64,000 nucleotides of DNA from the human T2T-CHM13v2.0 reference genome, Homo sapiens, in the NCBI RefSeq assembly GCF_009914755.1, contig NC_060930.1; one strand, 5' to 3'. This document shows positions 1 through 16,200 of the stretch, one piece after another (positions within the stretch are counted from its first letter, which is position 1; every line of letters starts with the position of its first letter). The position numbers and the translations under genes were made by a program. The notes below the pieces were generated by a model that was given only the letters and a program-made list of their open reading frames with translations, ran no database searches and was not told the origin of the DNA.

Positions 1-379
1 AAAATTGGTAAGTTACTGAATTGGGATGTACTTCTTTCTTCTATTCCTAATCAGAGCCCTGTCATCTGTGTACCGCAGGGTAACATTACCACCCTTACTG
101 GGTACTTTATATTGTCAGGCCCTGCTGCTTTTTCTCCTGCATTCTGTCTGATTCAACACACACTGCTCTCACTTCCACTGGATCTTGAAGGACGAGTGTT
201 AAACTTGGTTTGCATTAAAGTGAAAGAAAACATTTCTCTCTCTCTCTCTCAATGTCAAAAATCAATGTTTAGAACTCTTAGGAGGAACTATCAGTCAATG
301 ATTTTTAGACTTTGGAGCAGGAAATAACATATGAAACACACAACATGTTAACTTTTAAAAGCAAAAAAACAAGCTGCAC

Positions 380-995
380 AAATTCGACCTCATTAAAATT
401 AAGGCGTTACAATTAAGAAATTTGTCAACAGACACCTTAAATAGAATGGACAAATTATAAACTGAAAGAAGCCATTTGAAAGATACACAACCAACTAGGA
501 TTTGTTCAAAAAAAAAATATATATATATATAAAAGTTCAATAAGTCAATAAAGAAACCAATAGAAAAATAGACAAAAAACATGAACAATCATTTCACAGA
601 AGAAGAATCATATATGGGCAATAAACACATGAATTCACGTTCAATCTCAGTGATCAGGAATTATAAATTAATGCAACAATGAAGTACTATTGTGTACCCA
701 TTTGGTTGGCAACAATTGAAGAGTCTGATAATATCTCATGTTGGAAAAGATGTATATCCACAAGGCATTTCACAAAGTTGCTGGTAGGAGTAAAAATTGG
801 TAAAACTATTTAGACTATTTTAGCATTAGCTCCTGAAGTTGAACACTCACATAACCCTTTGATCCAGCAATTTCATTGAGCATAAGCATATACTCAATTT
901 CTCTTTAGTATAAGCATATACTCAAGAGAAAGTCTGCATGTGTTCACCAGGAGATATATATATATGAGTGTTCATGGTTCACAATCATGGAAACC
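380..995 (+). mobile_element. Old L1M (L1ME-like) ORF2 3' fragment
   Basis: Degenerate L1 motifs: catgaacaatcatttcacagaagaaga, aataaacacatgaa, gtctgataata, tgatccagcaatttca. Boundaries approximate. Confidence 0.75.
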
Positions 996-997
996 TG

Positions 998-1695
<698 letters not shown>

Positions 1696-1739
1696 CAATT
1701 CATATTTTTTAATAAACATATAAAGTTTCTAAAGTTTCT

Positions 1740-2540
<801 letters not shown>

Positions 2541-3036
2541 CCTGTTCTTCAGTTTAAATTAGTCCTCTGGAGAATATCAGATACAAATAAGAAAGAAATT
2601 CAAAATACAGGTTAAGATACCATAAAATTTATATCCATGTCATATTTGCAAGCCGAACTATCCATTTTATTTAGAAATGTTTCCTCCTTTATTTGGATAT
2701 ACAATGGAATTAATTATTCATTATTGATTTATACTAAAATGGATTATCTCTTAACTATGTTAACAAAGTAGCACAGCATGCCTGGATAAAAATATTACCA
2801 GAACTTTATTTTAGTTAGTATCTATGGCTTCTTCCCTCTTAAACTTTTCACCAGAGCTATCAGGAAAAAAGCCAAAGAGAAAGTTTCAATTTTTTTCTCT
2901 TTTTTTTTTTAACCTTCTTTTGCAGAGTTGACAACAAATCCCCAAATCAGTTGATGATACAGCCAGTGGCCTGTCAGTCCTGTATAATCCTCCTACTGAA
3001 AAATATCCCCTAAAAAAGTCCACAGCAGAAACTTTA

Positions 3037-3370
<334 letters not shown>

Positions 3371-4907
3371 TAAAGCCACCTATGAAGTATTTATTTATAT
3401 TCTTTTCTTTGGAATTAAAGAAATCCCAAATATAAGAATAGGTTTTAGAGCTTCCATTGCAAATTCATTGCCAAGGGTAAAATATGATGGAGTAGTTTAA
3501 AAGGAACATCTAGTCAACTAGCCATTCTCTCCTCCAGGGAAGGAATTTCTTCTACAACACCTCGTGGCCAATAGACGTTTTTCTTCTACACAAACACTTT
3601 TAGTAACATGTGACTTTCTAGCCAACACCCAGCTGTTGGAGTGAAAAATCTAAAAATAGAAATTATTCAACAAAATCACTCCAAATTTGCTTAAATGCAA
3701 ATAACCTGAGATGCTCTGTAATCCAAAACAACAGCTCCGGAAATAATTGCTGATACGTTTATTGATGCTGCAATATTGGGAGTTCCAAGGTAGAACCCTG
3801 TGGAAGAGAAGAAACTCAACCATCACCAGTCAATACTAGCAAACATATAAGCGGCACAGGCTACAAGTAAAGCTCTGAACAAGACACGAACTTGAAAGAA
3901 GCCAATGCCAGAAGCCTTGCTCTTGAGATGCTTACAGCCTGAGTGGTCAGGGCACACACACACTAACCCAAGGTCACACAACATTGATGCTAAACAAGTA
4001 CCAGAAGAAATAAATCTTCACTCCATGTTTTGTGAACCCATTCATTTGTGGTTCCATTTTGCCTCCTACTCTTGTTTCCTTTTGCCTGGATGTTCTGAGC
4101 TTTTTATTTGTTTAGCCTTGCTGGATTATATGCATCTTATTCAGCAATTTAGAGATAAGGTGGAGGCACTACTCCGCAGTACAGCAAAGTAGTTAGGAGC
4201 TGAGATACAGCTTATCCACCAGTTTCTATAAAATGCCCATTCTGGCTCAGGGTCAACTGAGTTGGCCCTAGCCAACTGCTATGCCTTCTGAAAGTCACCA
4301 CTCACTGACATCAGACTGCTTAGCTGCATCATATTCGCCTGGCAAATACTAATCTCATCACTCAAAATTCAGTTCCAAAAAACTGCACTGGGACTGAAGC
4401 AGGACTCTTTGTGCAAAAATAAACCAGGCATTTCAAAACATTTGAAATCAAATAGATGAAAATGTTGCAATATTACTTTTCAGACATTTGCTTTGTCTAA
4501 TTTGCTTTTCATTCACTAGTTTACATTTTCTAAAAGGACTTGTATTTTTATGATGTGCATGACTTCCACACTGCCCACAATCAATGTCAAATGAAAGACC
4601 TAACTTGTTACCTAGTCCTCTGCCTACTAAAACAGTGCTGTCTAATCAGGCATCTCTCTGCGGAAACAGGCCTTCCTACAGCAGGAAGCAGAGGAAAGAG
4701 GACTGGAGACAGCAATCCCAGCGGCTTTTTTGCCAGAAAGGACAAAATGGCTCTTCTGGCAACTCCTGACTCAGGAAATCGCTGAATTAAGTAGTCAATC
4801 TGCAGAGTAATTTAGCATGTCATCTGCTTCCTGGCAACAGATATTTGGAAGCATTTTTATTTTAATTCATCTCTGTCATCATCAGGGTTATAGCTGCTTC
4901 TCTCTGA

Positions 4908-4948
4908 GGACCTCAAGGTCAGAGATGTGGGACCTCAAGGTCAGAGAT
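4908..4948. repeat. 22-bp-period tandem duplication carrying two TCAAGGTCA motifs
   Basis: ggacctcaaggtcagagat at 4908-4926 and 4930-4948. Confidence 0.95.
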
Positions 4949-5829
4949 TTTTCTGTAGTTCTTATAGAGCCAGTTCTTTGAGCTTCTTCCTGCCCTGTCT
5001 AGGCCCCAGTAGGCTCACTTCTCCTTTGATTTTGGTCAGGTCAAGCAAACCCCTGTCATCAGAGCTAAATATAAGTTGTATGTAAGTGGGTGGAGGCCCT
5101 TGCAGTGGGTTCCCTGGAAAATACACTTGTAAGTGTACAAAAGAATGAAGGTGCAATTGCCTGCCCAGGAGTTGCAGAAGCATCATTGTCTGTGGGAGAC
5201 AGGAAAGGAATTAAGAGGTCAGCAACTCAGGCTCTCATTCCTGCTTCATCACGGACTTTCTGTGTAATGTTGCACAAATAATTTTCCTTCCCACTCCTCC
5301 ACTTCTCTATTTTAGGCGTGAACAAACATCAGTCATCTTCCTCACTTGCAGACATTAAAGAGAGTTAATATGAGCATGTTACAAACAAATAGCCCTAACT
5401 TCACACATTGAGGAGACCAGTAAACACATGCTGTGGGTGATCCTTCTTTATGTGGATAGAGCAATTTCTTACAGCTGGTGAACATATGTGTCCACAAAAT
5501 CCCTAAAAGGAATGTGTGTAAAATAGATGTACCAGGACCATGCAATTCTTATTGTACAAATGCATTTGCAGATTGTTACTATTTGGGAATAACGATGGCC
5601 TAATCCAGGTGAGGGTAATAATACATCAGGAAGGTAATAATTTTTATCTGGGGCAGAGGTCACTTTGCTCCTGTCTTAACAGGGGCTCTCTATGGCTTCG
5701 GCAAGAGGGCCCAAAAATGCATGTCCTGACATTGCAAATGGCAAAACAGAGATCTCAACCAAATATTCATGAAGCACTGTGTTTGGAGTCTCCCAGCATC
5801 GAGCCCCATATCTTCAAGAAAAATCTAAA

Positions 5830-6180
5830 CTAAGCTTTTTACATACCTTTATTGCCTTTGACCCTCACAGCAACTCTGTTAAGTCAACAGAATTATCCCA
5901 ATTTCACAGATAATGAAAATGAAGCTTAAGAAGGCCAAATAATATTTCCATAGATCATATAGGCATTGAGGGGTGGGACTGGGATTTTTAATCTGTCTGA
6001 TCCCAAAGTCCGTCCTCTCACCCGGTTTCCATTAGATGATGCTATCTTCCATGTACTGTATCTTTTATGCTCTATATGCCTAAGTTTTCTAATCTATAAA
6101 ATGGGAATAATAATACCTAACTAATGAAAATCAAGAGATTACCTATATGAGGGCATTTTACAGAAATGTAAATTGTTATT
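5830..6180. mobile_element. MIR fragments (two pieces, opposite orientation)
   Basis: cctcacagcaactct...cccaatttcacagataatgaaaatgaagct; agttttctaatctataaaatgggaataataatacct. Confidence 0.7.
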
Positions 6181-8409
6181 CTAATAGTAATTCCACGTTC
6201 ATCTCTTCCACTGTCAGCCTCATTATTATAAACACATGTGAAAAGTTTATACTAGGCCAGTTATATGGACCTTGCTTGGCACATAACTGAAATGTAACTT
6301 TACATTTCATTGACTTTAAGGAATTTACATATTTTAACCCAGTTCAACTATATTTTGAGGTGCTGCATCTCAGGAGTTCTTGTAGATATCTAATTCCACA
6401 TTAATCATTGATCTACCTTTATATTATTGCTTCAAAAGTCTTATTTAAAAATTCACATATTTTTAAGCACTGTCATATTCTTTACGAAAAACCTTGCATG
6501 GAAATCGGATGGTAGCTAAGTAAATGTGACTTCAAATTCATGGATAAATATCAAAACAGGAGACTAATGGAATACATAGAGAGATCTGTTCATGCCCTGA
6601 CTTTCTTCTAATTGTCTGTAATCCTGACCTTCCCAGTAGACAGAGAGGAATAATATACTCAGAACTTGCCCTGCCCTTCAGGAAACATGGGTAAAACCTA
6701 AATAAAGATTGTTTGTGTATGATTATAAACAATTTGCTATTCAAATTCAATAATGGCACTCGGTAGGCAAACTATCCTAAAAACTTTCCTATTAACAACT
6801 AAATTCCAAAGTTTAGCATTGCAAAACCACATAATTTGAATACATTTTTGAACCATCTGATGGAAAATTATATTGATTCCACATGTGTAGAGCTTGTAAG
6901 TAGCTCAGTAATTCCTTCACTCTTTTCAGACACAAAGTAACGGCCTCTTTAACGGCCTCTTTTTCTTTCCCTCATAGAAAAGTAGGCTATTTTTCCAGGG
7001 TCGGGAGAATGTGGAGGAGGGAGGGCTATAATGAAAGTATGTAATTCACTCAGGACTTGTGGGGCAGTATTAGAGATTATGGAAAGATTTGCTTCACAGA
7101 ATACAGTTCCTGTGGAGAAAAAAGAGTCCCACTACATCAGGAATTAGCACACAGCCATACAACAAGCTGAACTTTTTGTTATTTTAAAAAATCTTCGAGT
7201 TATACTGTATGCTTTTCTAATACTGATAGAAAACAGTTTCAGCAAAGTGCACTAAATAAATAGAACAGTGCCTTACCTTTAAAAAAAAAATCTATATTCA
7301 GGAGCTATTCTCCTTCACATTTTGAAATTCTTTAGCTGGAGAAATGCTGGGTCATGAGACACAGGGTCATAGCATCTGGGTTTGATCCAGACTTTGTGAT
7401 CTCTAAATCATCTTATGCCTTTGAATACATTCCAGCACCACTGACTCTACCATGTATTTTCTAACGTATGGGTTCCCGCCACCCATGTTCTGGGACTGAG
7501 TTAATAATGGTACTTACAGTGTTGTTGGGAGGATGAATCCAGTATGCCTAATATGTAAAGCACAGAACCTTGCCAGAATGTAATAAATGTCAGGTAAACA
7601 TTCACTTTTAGTTTTGCTGTTATTATTGCTTAGATAGTGGTTGCTAAATAATGGAACCTTCCATTTCAATGTCAGTGCCATATCATTTAAAGGTAATCAG
7701 AGTGGAACTAATTACATAGCCTCCTGAGATATGAACACACAAATATCTTCAAAATCTTTCATTTACTCTCTAGCATCTGAGCTCATGTGCTATCATAAAT
7801 CAGTTTAATTTCCTTTATTAAGAAAGGCTAGTGGACAGCCCCAGTGTGGAAACATTCCCTACAGGCTCCCTAGGTACTATGAGTAGATGAGGTCACTGGA
7901 GAGTTTAATAAGTCAACCTTGTAAAACCCCTGAAGATGAAAAAAGTATATGACAAAGGGCTACAGATCTTCTCTCTGTCCTTGAGGCTCCTCCACGCTTG
8001 TGAAAACACTTTCTGTAACAGATACTTAAATATTATTCACACTGTAAACAAAAATCTTTTGAAATTGTTTTAATTAGGCTTGGGGTGTTTTTTTTTTTTT
8101 TCATCTTGAGATGGAAACAGAGAGATTTCTGTTCAAAGAAATTATTGTTCCCCTTCAGAAGTCATGGGAAGTACAAGGTCAACTGATGAAAAAACAACAG
8201 CCCTAGTCTCAGGGTTTTCTAAGCCTTATTCCTTAGACAAGATACTTAGCATAAAATTTTACTGACACTGAACCAGGTTTAATTTCAGAAAGTAATCATC
8301 CATATACAAACGTTGTTTCAGCAGGTTTTCTTGCTCAATTGAAATTCACTCCACAACTATTCGACTCTCTCTGAAGGACCAAAAATCCAAGCACCTGATA
8401 TGTAAAACA

Positions 8410-8632
8410 AATGCTTACTAAGGGCCAGGCACTGTTCCAGGTGTTTTATTATATTACATAATTTAATCTTCACAACAGTTCTATGAATGTCATTATTATC
8501 TCCATTTTATAGGTGAGGAAGAAATAAAACACCTTAAATAACTTGCTCCAAATTACACAAAGATAGTACATGATGGAGTTAGTATTTAAACCCAAAATGT
8601 CTAGCTCCAGAGTCTTTAATGTTAACCACTCA
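8410..8632 (-). mobile_element. MIR, near full length
   Basis: gcttactaagggccaggcactgttc...atttaatcttcacaaca...attatctccattttataggtgaggaa...ctccagagtc. Confidence 0.85.
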
Positions 8633-9727
8633 GTGGTATTTTCTCTTTTTATTTTCTAAAATGAAAGTTAATATCTTCAAAATTGGGGACATCACATGGC
8701 ATGCTTCCACTATAATAAAATTTTTAATGTCTCCCTTTAGAATGCAATTGAAGGTAATCATGTATCCCAGGAGCCTAACTTATTAACTTAACAAGCTATG
8801 AGTCCAAGACCTTTCTGTGTCTACATCACATCAGTCAATCCACAAATGTTTATTTTCAGATGTTTTAAATGTTTCAGAGAACATTGCTTAGTCTAGCCTT
8901 TTCTTTGCAACAAATATTTTTCACTAGGGTAACGACTACCATCAGTTACACAGGTACACTTTTAAAGGCATTTGATGCTGGCTTTTACAGACGCAGTGGA
9001 GTTAAATGAGTTAACTTTTACACTGTCGCCTTCTCCTTCAGAGTTTTAGTACTGTAACTCGGTGACTTCAAACATATTGCTATTTATACACAAGGAAGTT
9101 ATGTTGCTCAATCTATAATTATTTTTGCAGAAACTCTAAGTACAATAGACAGCTGCAGGGGTGTCAAACTAATGATTAATTTATAATACATAATAGAAAA
9201 TATTTATTGGTGAATAGTTTTTATCAAATGTTGAAAATAACCTGCCTGACTATTTATAGGCACCAGCATCCCCTACTTACTTCAGAGGTTAGGGCTTCCC
9301 TTTCAGTTGCTATAAACACAGCTTCCTCCCAAGACTCTGTTTATATGTCTGCTTGTCAACCCCGCGCCAGACACTGGCGCTCCCTTTTTTTACCGTCACT
9401 GCACCCTCATCCTGTTTATAGGACAGGGAGGATGACCACGGATGCAGAATTATTTTAACTCACCAAAGTCTTGGAGAAACTAGCCAATATTGTTTGTTTT
9501 AAGATGACTCATTCTTCAATTGAGTCTTTAACTTAATATTGCTTTTCCAACATCTAGTCACATAAAATGCATTGGCCTAAGCAAACGTGCTACCATTATT
9601 TTAAGACAAATTATACCAAGCCTGGATACCAAGAGTCACAAAGCTCCCTTGATGTCCTCGAAGAATAATTTACACTATAAACTAGGGGCAAAAGACCCTT
9701 TTATTTTTCCCAGTGAGTCTTGTTCGA

Positions 9728-9858
9728 ATTGCCTGTGGAGTATTTTTCTTTAAAGAAATTAGTACCTGCTTGGGCCCCACACCAGATCAATTAAACCAGG
9801 ATTTCTTTTTAAAAGCTTCCCTTTGATTCTACTGTGCAACAAGGATTATAAACCACTT
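9728..9858. mobile_element. MER5-type hAT MITE fragment
   Basis: gggccccacaccagatcaattaaaccagga...aaaagcttccctttgattct...aaccact. Confidence 0.55.
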
Positions 9859-10409
9859 CTCAAATGTCATTATTTATTGCAAACCACTAAACAAATGGGT
9901 TAGGTATGATTGAATCAAATAGATGCAGTGCTGCTTTTTACCAAAACCTTCCCAACAGTGTTGATGTCATGAAATGGCCACACTGGTTGAATATAGAATG
10001 CAGTCCTCAGGCATAGAGGACTGCATTGTTTTCAGCTCACCCTCACTGTAGCCTAGACTCTTTAAAGAATGAGGTAAACATGCTAAAGGTTAGCTTCCAG
10101 AGCCTCGTTAGCATAAACAAGAAATTAGGTTTTGATCCTGATGATGAAATTCCAGTTAAAGGAAAGAATTAGGACACCCTCTTGAAGTTAAAGGCAACTC
10201 CCTCTACAGATCAAAAGGCAACCTTGAAAAGAAATTATATAATGTCTTCAGTGTAAGTAAGACAGGGCTGATCAGTTATTAGAGCTCAGAGGTCTTGTCT
10301 CTCGGGATGCCTTCCACCCACCCTTGAGTATAAAACAAGGATCTTTAATGAAGCACACTGCAGCTGAAAATCAACTCAATTCAATACCGAGAAAGAGCAA
10401 GGCAGCCCT

Positions 10410-10936
10410 CAACAGCGAGTGCTGGTCTGGTGCTCACAGCTAGCCCTGGTGCCCTCCTGTTGGATGCAAATAGTTTCACAGAACATCAACACTAGACAAG
10501 GCCACTCCATGACCGTGATGGATCAGGACAAAAACAAGACGACTCCATAATAACATCTAAACCACAAAAGCATGAACCTTGTCGGAGCAACAAAAATGAC
10601 CCAAATTCCCCTATCCTAATGAATCTGAGTGACAGCTGCTGTTTTACCAATCACAGCTTTAGCGTCATTCTAGTTGTCCTTCCTTCTAGATGTGTTAAAA
10701 TATCCAAACACAGAATCAACTGCACTTCCTAGAACTGTTCAATCCAGAGCAAAGCCTCATTTTCTAAAACTCTCCCTCAAGTCACCTAACACAAGCTCAA
10801 ATCGTACAATTAGTCATTCCCAACATCCTCCATAGCTCACACGGTATGTGTTCTCCCTCATTGCAAGGAGTCATGAATTGACCTTGCTTAAGTACAGGTG
10901 TGTTCCTCGTGGTCTCCATCTGAAGGGCATTGGCAA
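10410..10936 (+). mobile_element. ERV1 solo LTR (MER31-like)
   Basis: cacagaacatcaacactagacaaggccact...gatggatcaggacaaaaacaagac...acaggtgtgttcct...gggcattggca; subfamily from recall. Confidence 0.7.
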
Positions 10937-12559
10937 TGTTTTCATTAAACATCTAGTATATGCCCACTTCAAGAATAAAAACATATAAGATATACCTTAG
11001 TATTCAAAGTTTTCAAATGGGTTGGGAAGATATCAAAGGAGTGGACCATAATCACATAATCAAGGCTATGTGTGTACACTGGCAGGGAGATGTTAGGCAT
11101 TCTTGGAAATTGTTAGGAAAGTAAGACAAAAGCTGTGCTTTGAGAGGGGGACAGAATTAGAAGGAAGGAGAGGAACACAGGGAATGGTATTACACTCGGT
11201 ACCGTTTCACAATTTAGGGACCTAGATTTATATCTCCTCCTGGTTCAACAGTTTTATCTGCTAGCATTTTACCCCATATTTTTCTTGGGAGTGAATAATT
11301 TTGGTTGAAGAAAGGCATCTAATATAGTCTTCTAACTTTTCAAATTCTTCTTCCATGTTCTGAAGAGAGAGAAATGATGTCCAGCCCATTGTTTAGCCAA
11401 GTCCTGGAAACACAGTACAGGAATAAAATAATGTCTGTGTTCTCAGATTGTACTGGATTCATGACACATAGAATAAAAAAAAATAATACATGAAAAGGTC
11501 ACTGTTGACGTCATCTAGGGAGATGCATATAGTGTTTGATTATTCAGTTGACTAGTGAATTAGGCCAATGAAATAATCCCATTACCAACTGCAGTTGTGT
11601 GAACAGTTTTGTTCCTCTTTCTCCCTCTGTCTTCCATTCTAGGGATTAATTGGTTTAGATGATCTGTCAAACAATACATCCTTGTGTTTCTCAAACAAAT
11701 AAAATCTGCATATTTTACATATTCGGACACCACTTTATCCTTTCTGCAATTCAGTGGATTTTTTAAAAAATTAAGTTATGGAAATGTCTCTTTTTTTTTC
11801 CTTCAAATGAAGCTTCATGGCAACCATGATGGGAAACACAGTAAAACATGCTCTGGTTGAAGCAGGGTAGGGTGGGAAGACCCAAAGTCACTCTCCCACC
11901 CCACCTCGGTGCTCTGGAAGCTCTCTGAGAAGTTTCTAGGACTTCAAAGAACACAGTGCTAAAGGAGTTGTTCTGCTCAACCATCTCCATAGCTCAAGGC
12001 TATGGTGTCTATACTTGCATGTCAAATTGGTGTCTCAAACTTTCATACCTACAGAAGAACATCTGTCCATCCTGCTCGTCTCCCTAGCCCCAGCATCCCT
12101 GCTTTCAGTAAATAACACTATCCTAGCATCCCCATGGGTATTAGGACCCAAGACCCTGAAGCAGAGAAAATTTGGAAGACCACAAGTCAAGAGCCTCTAC
12201 TATGTCATATGATTTGTTATGACAGTGTTATCAAATTGATTTTCATCTCAATCTTTCTGGTAAAACTTCAGGTGATGGAGTTGCCTAAAGCCAAAGTAAA
12301 GCAGTATATGAAATCCCCTCTTAAAATAATGATGAGATTTTGGCGCAATTATGCTTCTTTTAGGGTAGAGAGACAGTAAGGAGAATCTCAAAGATGCTAT
12401 GAAGAAAACAATAAACTTTAAAGTGTGCATTTTTAAAACCAAGTGTCTCCTTTTCTAAAAGTAATTTTTCTCAAAAGTAAATGCTGAATTTACTTCAAAT
12501 TGGTTGGTCCATCAAAGCCCAAAAGAACGAGAATAATGTTCTAAAACACAAGCATTTTC

Positions 12560-12815
12560 TTTTTAAAATGTTTTTAATTTTTAATTTTTATGGGTACATA
12601 GCAAGTATATACATTTATGGGGGATATGGGATATTTTGATACAGGCACATAATGTGCAATAATTACATCAGGGTAAATGGGGTATCCATCACCTCAAACA
12701 TTTATCCTTTGTGTTATGAAAAATCCAGTTCTACTCTTTTAATTATTTTTAAATGTACGATTAAATTATTATTGACTATAGTCACTCTGTTGTGCTATCA
12801 ACTACTAGATCTTAT
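12560..12815 (-). mobile_element. L1MA 3' end
   Basis: tttatgggtacatag...gatattttgatacaggca...ggggtatccatcacctcaa...tattgactatagtcac. Confidence 0.85.
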
Positions 12816-13263
12816 ATACACTTTCTTTTCATCAGTACCATTTCAAGCCTAGGATAATTATTTTGGCCAAATAACAATAGCAGCAGATATCATTTGTTAT
12901 TATTCTCCCCATTTACAGGGAAAGAAAATGAGACTTAAATATTTTCATTGTCTTGCCCAAGCCCAAACAGCCAGTAAGGAACATGACCCCTGGCCATCTG
13001 TGGCACCATCACCTATGCAAATCATATTCTCTTTGGTTCCCCTCTGGTTTGAGCCTCTTTGATCTGTACCTATTTGATCAGCTCTTACTTCTCAGTCCCT
13101 TTGGGAAAGCTACAGAAAATTGCTATTTTTCCTGTATTGTTTCTTTGTATTTCTAATCTCCTTCCAAAGATTTGGCCAGTTACAAGAAATTGGCAAGTTA
13201 CAAAGAAATAAACCCCAGATGAATCCCACGAAACATGTATCCTTCAAGTTGTTTGCTCTACTA

Positions 13264-13718
<455 letters not shown>

Positions 13719-14302
13719 TTACTCAACACTCACTGTGCAGGAGCATTTCTGGGGATGCATTCCCACTCAGTGGTGGCCTGATTTACATTTCTATATGAGG
13801 ATATCTTGGAGTATTAGATAAAAGAAAGGATAAACCACTTTGGTTCCAGCAGAGTGAGTGAGTGAGGAAATAGTTGAATCACGTCAAATTGCTAGTTTTT
13901 TTTTTTTTCTACTGAATTCAACCATCTATGGGTTTAACTTCTCTAAATCTGTTCCTGTGCATAGCCACAGCCATATTTAGGAATCCAATCCACTTTTCAT
14001 TTTGAGGCTCCTGATTCCTGATTCATCTCAGTCCACATACCCTGGCAGGAATCCACTTAACACACACAGGCCGTGCTGCAAATGGTGCTTAGTAAATTAG
14101 ATGTTTGGAGTGCCAAACACACTTTCCCCATACAAATTGAGTTACAGATGGTGGTTCGTTATCCAGTCCAGATACCAAATGGCTGTGTAGACAAAATCCA
14201 GGTGAACGATGATCTTAAGAGACTGATAGATGCTAAGCTTTCTTTCTAACAGTTTCTAAGGAAAAGAGAATCAGAGGTGAGGGCCTGGAGCACATCTCCC
14301 AC

Positions 14303-14548
14303 CTTGCTGACACAGAGACCTCTGCTTCTCAGCGTGCTGGGGCTCCGGGGTACTGGTGGGAGCTTTGCCAGCGGAGACGACATGCTTCTCTGAGGTTTCT
14401 GAACTCGGCGACAAGCAGCAGCAGTCTGTCCCCCCAGGGCTGATAGGCACCACAGGTGTGATGCTCACTCCAGAGCCAGGCAGGAGGGGGCGGTGAAGGG
14501 AGATGCTGCGGTATGTGACCATTCTCCAGCTGCTCAGTGTGCTAAAGA
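14303..14548 (-). CDS. Candidate 246-nt internal exon of an unidentified minus-strand gene; one open frame (FSTLSSWRMVTYRSISLHRPLL...EKQRSLCQQ)
   Basis: Acceptor ctctctcccctgcag with a ctgat branch-like motif upstream; donor AAG|gtggga; length divisible by 3. Unique, GC-rich and CpG-retaining. Only the phase-1 frame is stop-free, and it contains agaATGG (strong Kozak). Could instead be a 5' UTR exon. Confidence 0.5.
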
Positions 14549-14769
14549 CTGCAGGGGAGAGAGGCCACCTCAAATCAGGTCACAATTCTGTCCTTGAGGA
14601 GGAGGGGATGCAGAATATCAGTAGGCAAACAGCAGTCTCCAACCCCACATGTGTAATTACAAAAAGATTAACTCAAATCTAGATGTCATTCAGAAGGCAA
14701 CACAAGTCCTAGAATAAGAAAATTCAACATAAACGTTTGCTCCCGAAAGCATATAGCTTTAAGAATCAA

Positions 14770-15124
<355 letters not shown>

Positions 15125-15728
15125 TTAGTAGCGGTCAGAAGGGGTGCCAGGGTGTATACCTTTTTGCCATCTCTTGCATTAAGAGAGGCCCTCCGCTTCC
15201 ACTCTTAATTGACTTGTTTAGGATTCAGTTCTTCCTCTACTCTGATTTCAAACTATTAGAAGCAAATGAAAAGAGCTAGGCTGTGCCAAATTTGCAAGTG
15301 TTTTCCAATGGAAACACTTTGTGCTTTCTCATTCTTTCTCTCAGGAATCCACAAGCAAACCAGGTCTGACAGCCGACCTCAACTGAATTTTCCTATTTCT
15401 TATTTTGGGTGAAAGGGAGGGGAAAAACTGACTTATGAGAAAATAGGAGCATTTAATTTAAAATTTTCCCATGGTATGCTATATAGCGGATGCTTCTCTA
15501 TTAGTATATTCTACCACTGATGGGAGAAGGAGGAATCAAGGATAATGGGTTTCTGGTTTGAGTGCTTAGGCAGATGGAGGAGAAAATGAAAATTAGTTCA
15601 ATATTAGACATATTTGGCTCATGGTGCCTATGGGATATGCAAGCAGTTAAGCAAATCCAAATAAATGCCTGGCACTCAAGATATATCTAACTGGAGTTAC
15701 TCTGAAAGTCATAAGGATGTAAATATCA

Positions 15729-15983
<255 letters not shown>

Positions 15984-16030
15984 AGAGAGAAACAGACAGA
16001 CAGAACCTTAGAGAGCACCAGCATCTAGAA

Positions 16031-16200
16031 CACTGCTCCTCAAACCTGAATGTGCAAGTAGATCACGTGAGGATCTTTTTAAAATGCATGCAGTTTCCAA
16101 TTCAGTAACTCTGGGGTGAGGCCTGAATTCTGCATTTATAATAAGAGCTCCCAGTGTTGCTGATGCAGCTTGTTCTTGGGCCATACTTTGAGTCCTATGG
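16031..16200. mobile_element. MER5A/B hAT MITE
   Basis: ctcctcaaacctgaatgtgca...ggggtgaggcctgaattctgcattt...gctcccagtgttgctgatgc...ccatactttgagt. Confidence 0.8.

Noticed and set aside
875-925. Short duplication of taagcatatactcaa inside the L1M fragment
   Set aside because: Ordinary slippage duplication in a dead repeat.
4612-4799. Possible minus-strand exon (ctctgcag acceptor, TAG|gtaaca donor)
   Set aside because: Short pyrimidine tract and weak donor; better explained as enhancer-like sequence.
6998-7027. G-quadruplex-like run gggtcgggagaatgtggaggagggaggg
   Set aside because: One loop is 13 nt, so the motif is weak and common.
9364-9392. Hairpin plus T-run resembling an intrinsic terminator or Pol III gene end
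   Set aside because: Eukaryotic context with no A/B boxes or recognisable small-RNA body; likely chance.
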